A stretch of DNA of 64,000 nucleotides from Limnothrix sp. BL-A-16 (GTDB lineage: Bacteria > Cyanobacteriota > Cyanobacteriia > CACIAM-69d). The notes under the pieces are model-generated. The model had not been told where the DNA came from. It saw only the letters and a program-made list of their open reading frames with translations, and did not search any database. A program made the position numbers and the translations under genes. Below, in pieces: positions 50,532 through 61,374 of the stretch (the stretch's first letter is position 1; each line of letters starts with the position of its first letter). The DNA is taken from the NCBI GenBank assembly GCA_041937175.2, contig CP166615.1:288001-352000 (forward strand), in the 5' to 3' direction.

Positions 50532-52043
50532 ATGCCCCGAGATCTACGCGGCTTCTTGAAGCTTTTGGATGAGCGCGGTCAACTGCGCCGGATTACGGTT
50601 CCCGTTGATCCCAACCTGGAAATCGCCGAAATTGCCAATCGGATGCTGGCGGCGGGCGGGCCGGCCCTGCTGTTTGAAAACGTCAAGGGCAGCAGCAGCC
50701 CCGTGGCCGTGAACCTGCTGGGCACGGTGGAGCGCACCTGCTGGGCCATGAACATGGAGTCGCCCGAGGAGCTAGAAACCTTGGGTCACAAGCTTTCCAT
50801 GTTGCAGCAACCAAAGCCGCCCAAGAAAATTTCCCAGGCGATCGAGTTTGGCAAAGTGCTGTTTGACGTGTTGCGCGCCAAGCCGGACACCGACCTGTTT
50901 CCCGCTTGCCATCAGGTGGTGAAACGGGGTGACGAGGTGAATCTCCACGAAATCCCGATGATTCGCCCCTATCCCGACGATGCGGGCCATGTGGTCACCT
51001 TCGGGCTGGTGATTACGAAGGATTGCGAAACCAAGATCCCGAATGTGGGCGTTTATCGGCTGCAACGGCAATCGAAAAATACGATGACCGTCCAGTGGTT
51101 GTCCGTGCGGGGTGGGGCGCGTCACCTGCGGAAGGCGGCGGAACGGGGCCAAAAACTGGAAGTGGCGATCGCCCTAGGGGCAGACCCGTTGTTGCTAATG
51201 GCGGCGGCCACACCGATCCCCGTGGACTTATCCGAGTGGCTGTTTGCCGGTCTCTACGGCGGTTCCGGGGTGCATCTGACCAAGTGCAAAACCCTGGATT
51301 TGGAAGTGCCGGCCAACTGCGAAATGATTTTGGAAGGGACGATCGACCCGAGCGAGACGGCGATCGACGGCCCCTTCGGTGATCACATGGGCTACTACGG
51401 CCCGGCGGCTCCCGGCCCCCTGTTGCGGGTTCATGCCGTCACCCACCGCAAAGACCCGATTTATCTCACCACCTTCAGCGGCCGGCCGCCCAAGGAAGAG
51501 GCGATGATGGCGATCGCCCTCAACCGGATTTATACGCCGATTTTGCGGACGCAAGTGCCGGAAATCACGGACTTTTTCCTACCGATGGAAGGGTTGAGTT
51601 ATAAGGCGGCGATTATCTCGATCGACAAAGCCTATCCGGGTCAAGCCCGCCGGGCCGCCTTGGCCTTTTGGAGCGCCCTGCCCCAGTTCACCTACACCAA
51701 ATTTGTGATCGTGGTGGACAAGTCCATTAATATTCGCGATCCGCGTCAGGTGATGTGGGCGATTTGCTCCAAAGTTGACCCCGATCGGGATGTGTTTATC
51801 CTGCCGGAAAATCCCCTGGATTCGTTGGATTTTGCCACCGAAAAATCGGGTCTTGGCAGTCGGATGGGGATCGATGCCACCGATAAGATTTACCCCGAAA
51901 TTGATCGAGAATGGGGCAAGGTTTTGGAATCCGATCCAGAAGTGGCCGCCACGGTCGATCGGCGCTGGGCGGAGTACGGCTTGGCGGATATTAACCTGAT
52001 GGAAGTGGATGCTAATTTGTTTGGTTACGACATTCGGAGGTAG
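50532..52043 (+). CDS. ubiD: UbiD family decarboxylase (plastoquinone pathway)
   Basis: GPALLFENV, NVGVYRLQ, GPFGDHMGYY, LDFAT, MGIDAT. Confidence 0.93.
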   Translation: MPRDLRGFLKLLDERGQLRRITVPVDPNLEIAEIANRMLAAGGPALLFENVKGSSSPVAVNLLGTVERTCWAMNMESPEELETLGHKLSMLQQPKPPKKISQAIEFGKVLFDVLRAKPDTDLFPACHQVVKRGDEVNLHEIPMIRPYPDDAGHVVTFGLVITKDCETKIPNVGVYRLQRQSKNTMTVQWLSVRGGARHLRKAAERGQKLEVAIALGADPLLLMAAATPIPVDLSEWLFAGLYGGSGVHLTKCKTLDLEVPANCEMILEGTIDPSETAIDGPFGDHMGYYGPAAPGPLLRVHAVTHRKDPIYLTTFSGRPPKEEAMMAIALNRIYTPILRTQVPEITDFFLPMEGLSYKAAIISIDKAYPGQARRAALAFWSALPQFTYTKFVIVVDKSINIRDPRQVMWAICSKVDPDRDVFILPENPLDSLDFATEKSGLGSRMGIDATDKIYPEIDREWGKVLESDPEVAATVDRRWAEYGLADINLMEVDANLFGYDIRR

Positions 52044-52049
52044 GCGATC

Positions 52050-52409
52050 ATGGCGGTAATCCGGGGGCTGCATGTGGCGTTGAATGTGACCGATCTCGAT
52101 CGCGCTGCTGAATTTTATGGGAGCTTATTGGGGCTGGAATTGATCGATCGCCCCCTGAAGTTTCCCGGGCTTTGGTATGCGATCGGGGATTGGCAAATTC
52201 ACCTGATTGTTGCGCCCCAGGTGGTGAACACTATTCAGGACGATCGGTGGGGTCGCAATGCCCACTTGGCGATCGCGGTGGATGACCTAGAAACCCTGAA
52301 AGCTCAACTCACCAAAGCCGCTATTTCCTGGCAAGCCAGCGCCTCCGGTCGCGCCGCCATCTTCGCTCCCGATCCCGACGGCAATTTATTAGAATTCCAG
52401 CAATCCTAA
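52050..52409 (+). CDS. VOC/glyoxalase family protein
   Basis: LHVAL...DLDRA, QIHLI, HLAIAV, DPDGNLLE. Confidence 0.9.
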   Translation: MAVIRGLHVALNVTDLDRAAEFYGSLLGLELIDRPLKFPGLWYAIGDWQIHLIVAPQVVNTIQDDRWGRNAHLAIAVDDLETLKAQLTKAAISWQASASGRAAIFAPDPDGNLLEFQQS

Positions 52410-52543
52410 ACCCCTCTCGATCCATTGCCTATCACGCAACCCATCGTCTGGACTGAAACGTCATAGTACGCACATCTCTGACAATCAGCGCGGCTAAAAT
52501 AGTGGACAGCCTTCGCAGTCATGATCATCAGTGGAGCAGGAGT

Positions 52544-52900
52544 ATGGCAACTGATGCAATCTCAATCCAGAAAATCTACGATCGTCTAACTATCACGCCC
52601 GAACAGCTCAGAGATTTCTGCATTCGGTGGCAGATTGCTGAATTAGCCGTGTTCGGTTCAATTTTGCGAGATGATTTTCGCGATCGTGGAGATTGCATTA
52701 GCGACATTGATTTACTTTACAGCCTAGACCAGTCTTCCAGTCATAACCTTTTCGATATCATGCAGATGCGCGAAGAGCTAGAACATCTTTGCCACCGAAG
52801 AATTGACTTGATTAGCAAACAAGGAATTAAAAATAGTCGCAACTGGCTGCGCCGCCAGGAAATTTTAAATTCAGAGATTATTCTATATGTTCAGAAATAA
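52544..52900 (+). CDS. Minimal nucleotidyltransferase (MNT) antitoxin 1
   Basis: FGSILRDDF...SDIDLL, RRIDLIS. Confidence 0.9.
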   Translation: MATDAISIQKIYDRLTITPEQLRDFCIRWQIAELAVFGSILRDDFRDRGDCISDIDLLYSLDQSSSHNLFDIMQMREELEHLCHRRIDLISKQGIKNSRNWLRRQEILNSEIILYVQK

Positions 52901-53243
52901 TGTATCCAGAGATGATCAATCTTTACTGGATATTGCCGACTCTATTCAGTTAATCATGGAATACATTCCTAACTGGGATGAGCTCCTAGAATCTATCAAA
53001 AATCAAGATGCTGTTATTCGTCGTCTGATTGTTATTGGCGAGGCGACCAAACGATTATCAATGACGTTTCGCAATGCTCACCCTGATGTTCCTTGGAAAG
53101 AGATGGCAGGTTTAAGAGATGTGATCGTCCATGATTATGATGGTATTGATTTTGAACGACTGAAGCCCATCATTGAGGTCAAGTTACCTGACGTTTTGCA
53201 ACAGATTGAGCCATTACTACCAACGCCCCCTCAAAATTCATAG
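52887..53243 (+). CDS. HEPN/DUF86 RNase toxin 1
   Basis: IGEATKRLS, PWKEMAGLRDVIVHDY (RX4H-Y); overlaps MNT1. Confidence 0.9.
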   Translation: MFRNNVSRDDQSLLDIADSIQLIMEYIPNWDELLESIKNQDAVIRRLIVIGEATKRLSMTFRNAHPDVPWKEMAGLRDVIVHDYDGIDFERLKPIIEVKLPDVLQQIEPLLPTPPQNS

Positions 53244-53302
53244 CCGATTAATGATCTATGTTAGTGTCCCAGTGATCGTCACTAATTCAGAGAGCAAATG
53301 AC

Positions 53303-53659
53303 ATGAAAACTGACACAATCTCAATTCAAGAAGTTTACAATCGCCTAACTATCACGCCCGAACAGCTCAAAGAGTTCTGCATTCGGTGGCAAATTGCTGA
53401 ATTAGCCGTGTTCGGTTCAATTTTGCGAGACGATTTTCGTTTGAATGACGAAATTCCCAGTGATATTGACTTGTTGTTTTCTGATCAAGAAAATGCTCGA
53501 AAAAATCTAATCCTTCAAGTCAAGATGATGTTTGAGCTTGAGGAAATGCTGCATCGAAAAGTGGATCTAATCAGTAAAAAAGCAGTTTTAGATGATCCTA
53601 ATGCTATTCGCCGTCAACATATCCTAGAGTCCGCAAAGGTTATCTATGTCGAGGGATAG
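53303..53659 (+). CDS. MNT antitoxin 2
   Basis: FGSILRDDF...SDIDLL, RKVDLIS. Confidence 0.9.
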   Translation: MKTDTISIQEVYNRLTITPEQLKEFCIRWQIAELAVFGSILRDDFRLNDEIPSDIDLLFSDQENARKNLILQVKMMFELEEMLHRKVDLISKKAVLDDPNAIRRQHILESAKVIYVEG

Positions 53660-53984
53660 GGAATCGGTATTCGATATTATTGATTCAATCAATAAAATCC
53701 TGACCTATACATCAGGAATGAAAATGGCTGACTTTATGGCCAACGATGAAAAGCAAGACGCGGTTCTCAGACGTATCCTAGTGATTGGTGAAGCAACAAA
53801 GCGGTTGTCATCTGAATTTTGTCAACGTTATCCAGAAATTCCTTGGAAAGAAATTGCAGGAACTCGAGACATCATTGTTCACGACTATCATCGTGTTGAC
53901 GCTGAAAGAATCTGGGATGTCGTGCAAAGTGACTTGCCGAATTTGCTGAATGTTTTGACTTCAGTAGATCAAAAGCTGCAATGA
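53646..53984 (+). CDS. HEPN/DUF86 RNase toxin 2
   Basis: IGEATKRLS, PWKEIAGTRDIIVHDY. Confidence 0.9.
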   Translation: MSRDRESVFDIIDSINKILTYTSGMKMADFMANDEKQDAVLRRILVIGEATKRLSSEFCQRYPEIPWKEIAGTRDIIVHDYHRVDAERIWDVVQSDLPNLLNVLTSVDQKLQ

Positions 53985-53998
53985 ATAGACTGGTCTTA

Positions 53999-54141
53999 GG
54001 GGCTGTCATCAAACTCCCGAAACTCTGATCCTTGCGTTACGGGATCGTAGGGGGCAAGGGGCTTAAGCCCCTTGTCTAGGGTAGTTGAGCTGTGACAATT
54101 AGTCATTTCAGCTTCAACCAACTTCATTGGATGATACACCC
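53999..54141 (+). mobile_element. 143-bp MITE (GGG-ended family)
   Basis: Ends GGGGCTGTCATC / GATGATACACCC, central palindrome, flanks TCTTA | TAAGA. Confidence 0.85.
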
Positions 54142-54240
54142 TAAGATTTCAGACTATTCATACTTGGAAACTGGCATAAAAAATGGGCTGGCAATTGCCA
54201 GCCCGTATTCTACTCATGACTTTGAAGTTGGTAGACAAAC

Positions 54241-55620
54241 TTAGGACTGACCCGGTAGCAAAAACCGAATCATCATATACAAAGAAGCCGCAACGAGTTG
54301 GGCTAGCATCACCGGAATTCCATACTTCAAAAAGCGGTGAAAGGAAATACTTTTGCCGTGTAATTCAGCAATTCCAGCCGCCACAATGTTAGAAGAAGCA
54401 CCAACGAGGGTTCCATTTCCTCCCAGGGTTGCGCCATACATCATGGCGTAGAACAGGGGCAAAACTTGTGGCGGAAAGCTGCCGGAATAATCCTGCGCCA
54501 AAATTTCTGGCCCAGCCATCCCTACATTCACCACATATTCCTTGAGCAGGGGAACCATTGCCACGACTAAAGGAATATTGGGGACAACGCTGGATACCAA
54601 GCCCACAAAGAAAATGAGGGCGATCGAACCCAAGAAAATATTGGTTCCGAGGATGGCTGACAAGGCTCCTGACAAGAGACTGACCACACCGGTCTTTTGC
54701 AGACCACCGATCAGCACAAAAATGGACATGAAAAACAGCAATGTGCTCCAATCCACATCTCGCAAAATGTTGTTGACGGTGTCAATTTTGCTGTGATGAG
54801 CGAGCAGCAGGGCTAGGGCAGCACCGAGGAGGGCAACGGCGGCGGGAGAAACCGGAATGGGCAATGACTCACCAATCACAAAAAAGACCAACACAAGCAG
54901 CACGATCAGACCACCAAAGGCTAATGTGCGCGGATGATTAATTTTGGGGTGGGGCAGGTCATTCAAATTTTTCAGCTCTTTCTTCCAAGTGGTTCGGAAC
55001 AAAATAGGAAGCAGCAAAATAATCACCCCGATCGCCATAGCTCCCCCTAGGCTGAGGCGAGTTAGGTATTCGGTGAAGGTTAAATTCACCGCGTCCCCAA
55101 CAATGTAGGTGGCTGGATCACCCACAATGGTTAAAAGGCCAGCACTGTTAGCCACAAAAACCATCAGAATCAGAAGGGGCACGAAATCTACGCCCACTTC
55201 TTCTGCCAACGGGGGAATTAAAGGAGCCAACAACATGACTGTGGTGGCGTTTGGCAAAACAGCACAAATGGGCGTTGTGATGCCCACAATTCCTAACAGC
55301 AGATTTTTGCCTTTTCCTTGGGCTAAAATCACCATTTGGGTGGCTAAGTAGTCAAAAACTTTGGTGGGTTCAAAGGCTCGCACCAAAATCATCACCCCTA
55401 AGAATAGGGCGAGGGTTCCGTGGCTTTGGCTGATGTACCCGATCGCCTCTTTCAAGGTCATCACGTGGGCAAACACCAACACCAGTGCTCCCAAAAAGGC
55501 TGCAACCGTGAGGTGAATCCATTCCGTCATGATTACCACGATGACGGTGATGAAGACAATTCCAGCAATCCAAGCGTCTAGGTTTCCGATTTGCTCTAGC
55601 ATGTTCGATTCTCCTTCCAT
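54241..55620 (-). CDS. ArsB/NhaD (IT superfamily) anion permease
   Basis: Many TM helices, PNATT, TIVGDP, VDWSTLLFF, LGGNGTLVGASSN. Confidence 0.88.
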   Translation of the reverse strand: MEGESNMLEQIGNLDAWIAGIVFITVIVVIMTEWIHLTVAAFLGALVLVFAHVMTLKEAIGYISQSHGTLALFLGVMILVRAFEPTKVFDYLATQMVILAQGKGKNLLLGIVGITTPICAVLPNATTVMLLAPLIPPLAEEVGVDFVPLLILMVFVANSAGLLTIVGDPATYIVGDAVNLTFTEYLTRLSLGGAMAIGVIILLLPILFRTTWKKELKNLNDLPHPKINHPRTLAFGGLIVLLVLVFFVIGESLPIPVSPAAVALLGAALALLLAHHSKIDTVNNILRDVDWSTLLFFMSIFVLIGGLQKTGVVSLLSGALSAILGTNIFLGSIALIFFVGLVSSVVPNIPLVVAMVPLLKEYVVNVGMAGPEILAQDYSGSFPPQVLPLFYAMMYGATLGGNGTLVGASSNIVAAGIAELHGKSISFHRFLKYGIPVMLAQLVAASLYMMIRFLLPGQS

Positions 55621-55899
55621 TGGCTGACGAGGTTAGCTGACGGGCTAGGCTTGGAAGTAGCCTTCTTGCAGCACAAGATTCGCCCCAAAGTTTAGGCTGG
55701 TTCCCCCGCTCGATCGCCCTGCTTCAATTGAACTTAAAGACCAGAGCCGATCGATTAAGCGTTGACTACGAGATAGTGAAAGTTACAATTTGTCCATGTC
55801 ATTTATCAATGACATAAACCGACTTAATCCAATCAAGTGTCTACTCAAAAAAATCCAACCTTGGTCTAATTGCCCTTCAGCTCAAAAACGCCTGCCTTA

Positions 55900-56029
55900 G
55901 AGGATGTTTAAAAAGTATTCTTTGGCACAGGCAAGCACCAATAGTCGTGGGGACAAGGGGCTTGAGCATCTTGTCTAAGTCGATCACTGGGGCGTACAGA
56001 GTAGCAATTTGGGCTTTTCAGACATCCTC
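55900..56029. mobile_element. 130-bp MITE with GAGG ends and TTA duplication
   Basis: TIRs GAGGATGTTTAAAAAG / CTTTTCAGACATCCTC; flanks CCTTA | TTAAGG. Confidence 0.85.
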
Positions 56030-56439
56030 TTAAGGTTGGCTAGCCATGACTGATGAATTTTCTTGACGGATTGCCAAAAAATTCCTTCATTTTGCTATTG
56101 ATTTTGCAGTCACCAAAACCAATAGCTCTAGGCACGTCATTCTAGGCATGAAGGCAATGCATGAAGACTCAGGTGAAATCAGCCTAAAGACTTTGGGCAA
56201 CTGATAGATTTTGATGAATTTCTTTTGAGTTGGCTCGATGGATTCAACCCTGTGTCATGGATCACAGGTTGTTTGGACAGACTGCCGTTTGACGCTAGCA
56301 TGGATAACTTGGGTGGGTCAATCAAGGGGCGATCGCCTAGGATTTGGCTCTAGGTACAATTCCCAAGTTCCGGTACTGTGAATAAACGAGTCAAACTCAC
56401 CGCAAATTGAGTCACCAAATCGCCGTTAGACCCTGAGCA

Positions 56440-57417
56440 ATGGATATCAAAAATGGATTCGTCGGGACAGTTGGTAATACTCCGCTGATCCGGCTCAACA
56501 GCTTTAGTGAAGCAACCGGCTGCGAAATCCTGGGTAAAGCGGAATTTTTGAACCCTGGTGGGTCGGTTAAAGATCGGGCGGCCCTTTACATTATTGAAGA
56601 TGCGGAACGGCGCGGGTTGTTGCAACCCGGTGGCACGGTGGTGGAAGGCACGGCGGGCAATACGGGCATTGGACTGGCCCACATCTGCAACGCCAAGGGC
56701 TACAAGTGCCTGATCGTGATTCCAGATACCCAGTCCCAGGAAAAAATCGACCTGCTGCGGACGCTGGGGGCGGAGGTGAAGACCGTGCCCGCCGTGCCCT
56801 ACCGCGATCCGAATAACTATGTGAAGCTGTCGGGTCGGCTAGCGGCGGAAATTCCGAACGCCATTTGGGCCAATCAGTTCGACAATTTGGCGAATCGCCA
56901 GTCCCACTACGAAACGACGGGGCCAGAAATTTGGGCTCAAACCGATGGCACGGTGGACGCTTGGGTGGCAGCGACAGGCACGGGCGGCACCTATGCCGGG
57001 GTCGCAATGTTCCTCAAGGAAAAAAATCCCCAGGCGCAAATGGTGCTGGCAGACCCGATGGGCAGTGCACTTTATAGCTATGCGAAAACCGGGGAGCTGA
57101 CGATGGAAGGCAGCTCGATCACCGAAGGCATCGGCAATTCGCGGGTGACGGCAAATATGGAGGGCGTGCCGATCGATGATGCGATGCGGGTGACGGATCC
57201 GGAGGCGTTGGCGGTGCTGGCTCAGTTGATGAAGCAGGAGGGGCTGTTTATGGGTGGCTCCGTGGGCATCAATGTGGGGGCGGCGGTGAAGCTGGCGGAA
57301 AAACTGGGACCGGGCCACACGATCGTCACGGTGCTGTGCGATGGCGGGTCGCGCTATCAGTCGCGGCTGTATAACGCGGAATGGTTGGCCAGCAAGGGGC
57401 TGGTGATGCCGGATTGA
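56440..57417 (+). CDS. cysK: Cysteine synthase (PLP-dependent)
   Basis: GNTPL, NPGGSVKDR, EGTAGNTG, GTGGT, EGIG. Confidence 0.92.
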   Translation: MDIKNGFVGTVGNTPLIRLNSFSEATGCEILGKAEFLNPGGSVKDRAALYIIEDAERRGLLQPGGTVVEGTAGNTGIGLAHICNAKGYKCLIVIPDTQSQEKIDLLRTLGAEVKTVPAVPYRDPNNYVKLSGRLAAEIPNAIWANQFDNLANRQSHYETTGPEIWAQTDGTVDAWVAATGTGGTYAGVAMFLKEKNPQAQMVLADPMGSALYSYAKTGELTMEGSSITEGIGNSRVTANMEGVPIDDAMRVTDPEALAVLAQLMKQEGLFMGGSVGINVGAAVKLAEKLGPGHTIVTVLCDGGSRYQSRLYNAEWLASKGLVMPD

Positions 57418-57443
57418 TGCGGGTTAGATCTCTGAAGCCGGAG

Positions 57444-57481
57444 TCGATCGAACCGGAGGGCGCACCGCCGTGCGCCCCTAC
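57444..57481. repeat. GTAG-type REP (minus orientation)
   Basis: TCGATCGAACCGGAGGGCGCACCGCCGTGCGCCCCTAC. Confidence 0.8.
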
Positions 57482-57593
57482 GGGGGATGGGGGCGATCGC
57501 GGGATCTAAGGGTGCGTACCCGGCGCGGTAGGATAGGGAGTCGCAATTTTTGTTGCCATTCGTTTGCTTCGTCCTGTCGCTCCATCCGCCGCC

Positions 57594-58196
57594 ATGACCG
57601 TTACCGCTGGGAACTGGGCCGCCACTGCCGGTGAGGCTGAATTGCGCGATCGCCTGTTGGATTTGCTGTGCGATCGCGCCTATCGGGAAGGGGATTTCAC
57701 CCTGTCTTCGGGCCAAAAAAGCACCTACTACATCAACTGTAAACCAGTGACGCTGCATCCCGAGGGGGCGCTGGCCCTGGGGCGGTTGCTGTTGGGGCAA
57801 GTGCCGACGGGGGCGGCGGCGGTGGCCGGTTTGACCTTGGGGGCGGATCCGTTGGTGTCGGCGGTGAGTGTGGTATCGGCGCTGGAAAACCGCCCGATCG
57901 CTGCTCTGATTATCCGCAAGGAAGCCAAGGGCCACGGCACGATGGCCTACATCGAAGGGCCGGCCCTGGAGCCGGGTTCCGAGGTGGTGGTGCTCGAAGA
58001 TGTGGTGACGACGGGCGGGTCGGCTCTGAAGGCGGTCGATCGCCTGCGGGAAGCGGGCTACCGGGTCGATCGGGTTTTGTCCGTGGTCGATCGGCATCAG
58101 GGCGGCGCGGAACTCTACGCGCGACATGGTTTGGCCTTTGAGGCGCTGTTCTCGATCGCCGATGTGCAGGCCCACTACGCGGCGCGATCGGCTTAA
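57594..58196 (+). CDS. pyrE: Orotate phosphoribosyltransferase
   Basis: FTLSSGQKSTYY, IRKEAKGHG, VVLEDVVTTGGS. Confidence 0.95.
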   Translation: MTVTAGNWAATAGEAELRDRLLDLLCDRAYREGDFTLSSGQKSTYYINCKPVTLHPEGALALGRLLLGQVPTGAAAVAGLTLGADPLVSAVSVVSALENRPIAALIIRKEAKGHGTMAYIEGPALEPGSEVVVLEDVVTTGGSALKAVDRLREAGYRVDRVLSVVDRHQGGAELYARHGLAFEALFSIADVQAHYAARSA

Positions 58197-58231
58197 CCCG
58201 CACTGTCATTGCCCCTTGGATCGATCGACCT

Positions 58232-58347
58232 GTAGGGGCGCACCGCGTGCGCCCAGATCTGCCCAAATCGATCGAACCGGAGGGCGCAAGGCGTTGTGTC
58301 TCGCCCAAATCGATCGAACCGGAGGGCGCAAGGCGTTGCGCCCCTAC
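58232..58347. repeat. REP doublet with internal 42-bp duplication
   Basis: GTAGGGGCGCACCGCGTGCGCCC ... 2 x GCCCAAATCGATCGAACCGGAGGGCGCAAGGCGTTG ... GCCCCTAC. Confidence 0.82.
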
Positions 58348-58371
58348 CATGTCCAAAATTTATTGTCTTAA

Positions 58372-59145
<774 letters not shown>

Positions 59146-59159
59146 GGGCGATCGCCTAC

Positions 59160-59205
59160 CAGCCATTGCAGACAAGGGGCTTAAGCCCCTTGTCTGCAAT
59201 GGCTG
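59160..59205. repeat. 46-bp perfect palindrome around the family core
   Basis: CAGCCATTGCAGACAAGGGGCTT|AAGCCCCTTGTCTGCAATGGCTG. Confidence 0.92.
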
Positions 59206-59232
59206 CGAACGGCAGTCCGCTTTGGAGCACCT

Positions 59233-61374
59233 ATGGTCATGAGAGCCACGCGCTGGGCGATCGCCCCGGAAGATGCCGATCGCGCCGCTGAGATTGCGGC
59301 GGCCACGGGCCTGTCACCGTTGTTGGCCCAGGTGCTGATCAACCGGGGCATCGATACGCCGGAGCTGGCCGAGCTGTTTCTCGATCCGGATTTGGCGGAA
59401 CTGCCCAGCCCGATCGATGAGTTTTCCGACCTGGCCCCGGCGCTGGATCTGTTGGCGGAGGCGATCGAACGGGGCGATCGGCTCGGGATTTGTGGCGACT
59501 ACGACGCGGACGGCATGACCAGCACCGCCCTGCTGATCCGCGCCTTTCGCCATCTGGGAGCCGATGTGACCGCCTCGATTCCCAGCCGGATGACCGACGG
59601 CTACGGGATTAACCAGCGGATTGTGGAGGAATTTCACCAAAACGGGATCAGCCTGATCCTGACGGTGGATAACGGGATCGCCGCCTACGAGCCGATCGCC
59701 CGGGCCCGGGAGCTGGGGCTAACCGTGATCCTCACCGATCACCACGACGTACCGCCCAAAATTCCGCCCGCCAACGCGATCCTGAACCCGAAATTAATCG
59801 ATCCGGCCTCGCCCTACGCCGGATTGGCCGGAGTGGGCGTGGCCTACGTGTTAGCCGTGGCCCTGGCCCAGCGGATGGAGCGATCGGCCCCGTGGAAATC
59901 CCTGTTGCAACTGTTCACCCTCGGGACGATCGCTGATCTTGCGCCCCTGACCGGCGTAAATCGGCGCTGGGTGAAGCGGGGCCTCAGTTTGCTGCCCTTT
60001 TCCACGGTTCCCGGGATTCGCGCCCTGCAACAGGTGGCGGGAATTAACGTGGCCGGCGATGGGCAACCGGACGGCAACGCCACGGCCAGCACCAGCAAAG
60101 GCCCCCTGAAACCGGAGGCGATCGGCTTTCGGCTCGGGCCACGGATCAACGCCGTGGGGCGGATCCATCAGCCGGACGTGGTGATCGACTTGCTGACCAC
60201 CGATGACGACGGTGAGGCCCTGGAGCGGGCCATGCAGTGCGAGGAAATTAACCACAAGCGCCAGCAAATCTGCAACCAAATTGAGCAGGAAGCCCACGCC
60301 TGGGTGCAGGCCAGCGATCTGGATCTGAAGGCGGCGCGGGTGATGCTGGTGGTGCAGCCGGATTGGCATCACGGGACGATCGGGATTGTCGCTTCCCGGC
60401 TGGTGGAACGCTACGGCGCGCCCGTGTTCATCGGCACTTACGAAGAGGACAACCCTGAGCAGGTGCGTGGTTCCGCCCGCAGCATCCCGGAATTCAACGT
60501 GTTTGAAGCCCTGGAATATTGCAAAGACCTGCTGACCAAGCATGGCGGCCACCGGGCGGCGGGCGGTTTTTCGCTCCCGGCGGCGAATTTGCCTGCCTTT
60601 GAAGCACGGTTGCGGGAATTTGCCCAAACCTGCCTCAAACCGGAGCATATTTGCCCGCTGGTGCAGCCCGATGTGCGGGCCAGCCTGAGCGAGCTGGATG
60701 GGGAACTGTACGAACAAATCGATATGCTGCACCCCTGCGGCATCGGCAACCCGGATCCGGTGTTTTGGTCGCCGGGATTGCAGGTTCTGGGCCAGCGGCA
60801 GTTGGGCCAAGATCGCAAGCACTTGCGGATCACGGTGTCCGATGGGACGGCCCAAATCGAGGCGATCGCCTGGCGTTGGGGGGATGCGTTCCCGTTGCCG
60901 CCCGTGGTGGATGTGGCCTATCAGCTCAAGGAAAACCACTGGAACGGTGCGGTGAATTTGGAACTAGACGTGGTGGCGATCCGGCCCGCTGTAGCTGGCA
61001 GTGCCCCGGTGCGATCGCCCGTCCTAGCCGATCGCCCAGCCACCTACGATCCAGCCGCCACCCCGATCGCAGACAAGGGGCTTAAGCCCCTTGCCCCCAG
61101 CACCCCCAAACGGGCCAGCTTTACTTTCCGCGATCGCCCCTACAACTGCGCCTGGGGCGATCGGGATGGCCAGCCGGAACTCCGAATTCGCAACCCCGAG
61201 GGCAAAGTGCTGGCCCTCGTCGATGGCGAATCTACCGGACTGCTGGGCCCCAGTCGGGAAACCGCCGAGCCGGTGGATCTGAACCATCCCTTTTTTCGAT
61301 CGCTGATCGCCGCTGCCAAAGTGGCCCTAACTGGGGCTGATCCCGCTAATTCAGGCCTAACTGGGGCCGAATGA
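59233..61374 (+). CDS. recJ: ssDNA-specific exonuclease RecJ
   Basis: [43 protein letters not shown]. Confidence 0.96.
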   Translation: MVMRATRWAIAPEDADRAAEIAAATGLSPLLAQVLINRGIDTPELAELFLDPDLAELPSPIDEFSDLAPALDLLAEAIERGDRLGICGDYDADGMTSTALLIRAFRHLGADVTASIPSRMTDGYGINQRIVEEFHQNGISLILTVDNGIAAYEPIARARELGLTVILTDHHDVPPKIPPANAILNPKLIDPASPYAGLAGVGVAYVLAVALAQRMERSAPWKSLLQLFTLGTIADLAPLTGVNRRWVKRGLSLLPFSTVPGIRALQQVAGINVAGDGQPDGNATASTSKGPLKPEAIGFRLGPRINAVGRIHQPDVVIDLLTTDDDGEALERAMQCEEINHKRQQICNQIEQEAHAWVQASDLDLKAARVMLVVQPDWHHGTIGIVASRLVERYGAPVFIGTYEEDNPEQVRGSARSIPEFNVFEALEYCKDLLTKHGGHRAAGGFSLPAANLPAFEARLREFAQTCLKPEHICPLVQPDVRASLSELDGELYEQIDMLHPCGIGNPDPVFWSPGLQVLGQRQLGQDRKHLRITVSDGTAQIEAIAWRWGDAFPLPPVVDVAYQLKENHWNGAVNLELDVVAIRPAVAGSAPVRSPVLADRPATYDPAATPIADKGLKPLAPSTPKRASFTFRDRPYNCAWGDRDGQPELRIRNPEGKVLALVDGESTGLLGPSRETAEPVDLNHPFFRSLIAAAKVALTGADPANSGLTGAE

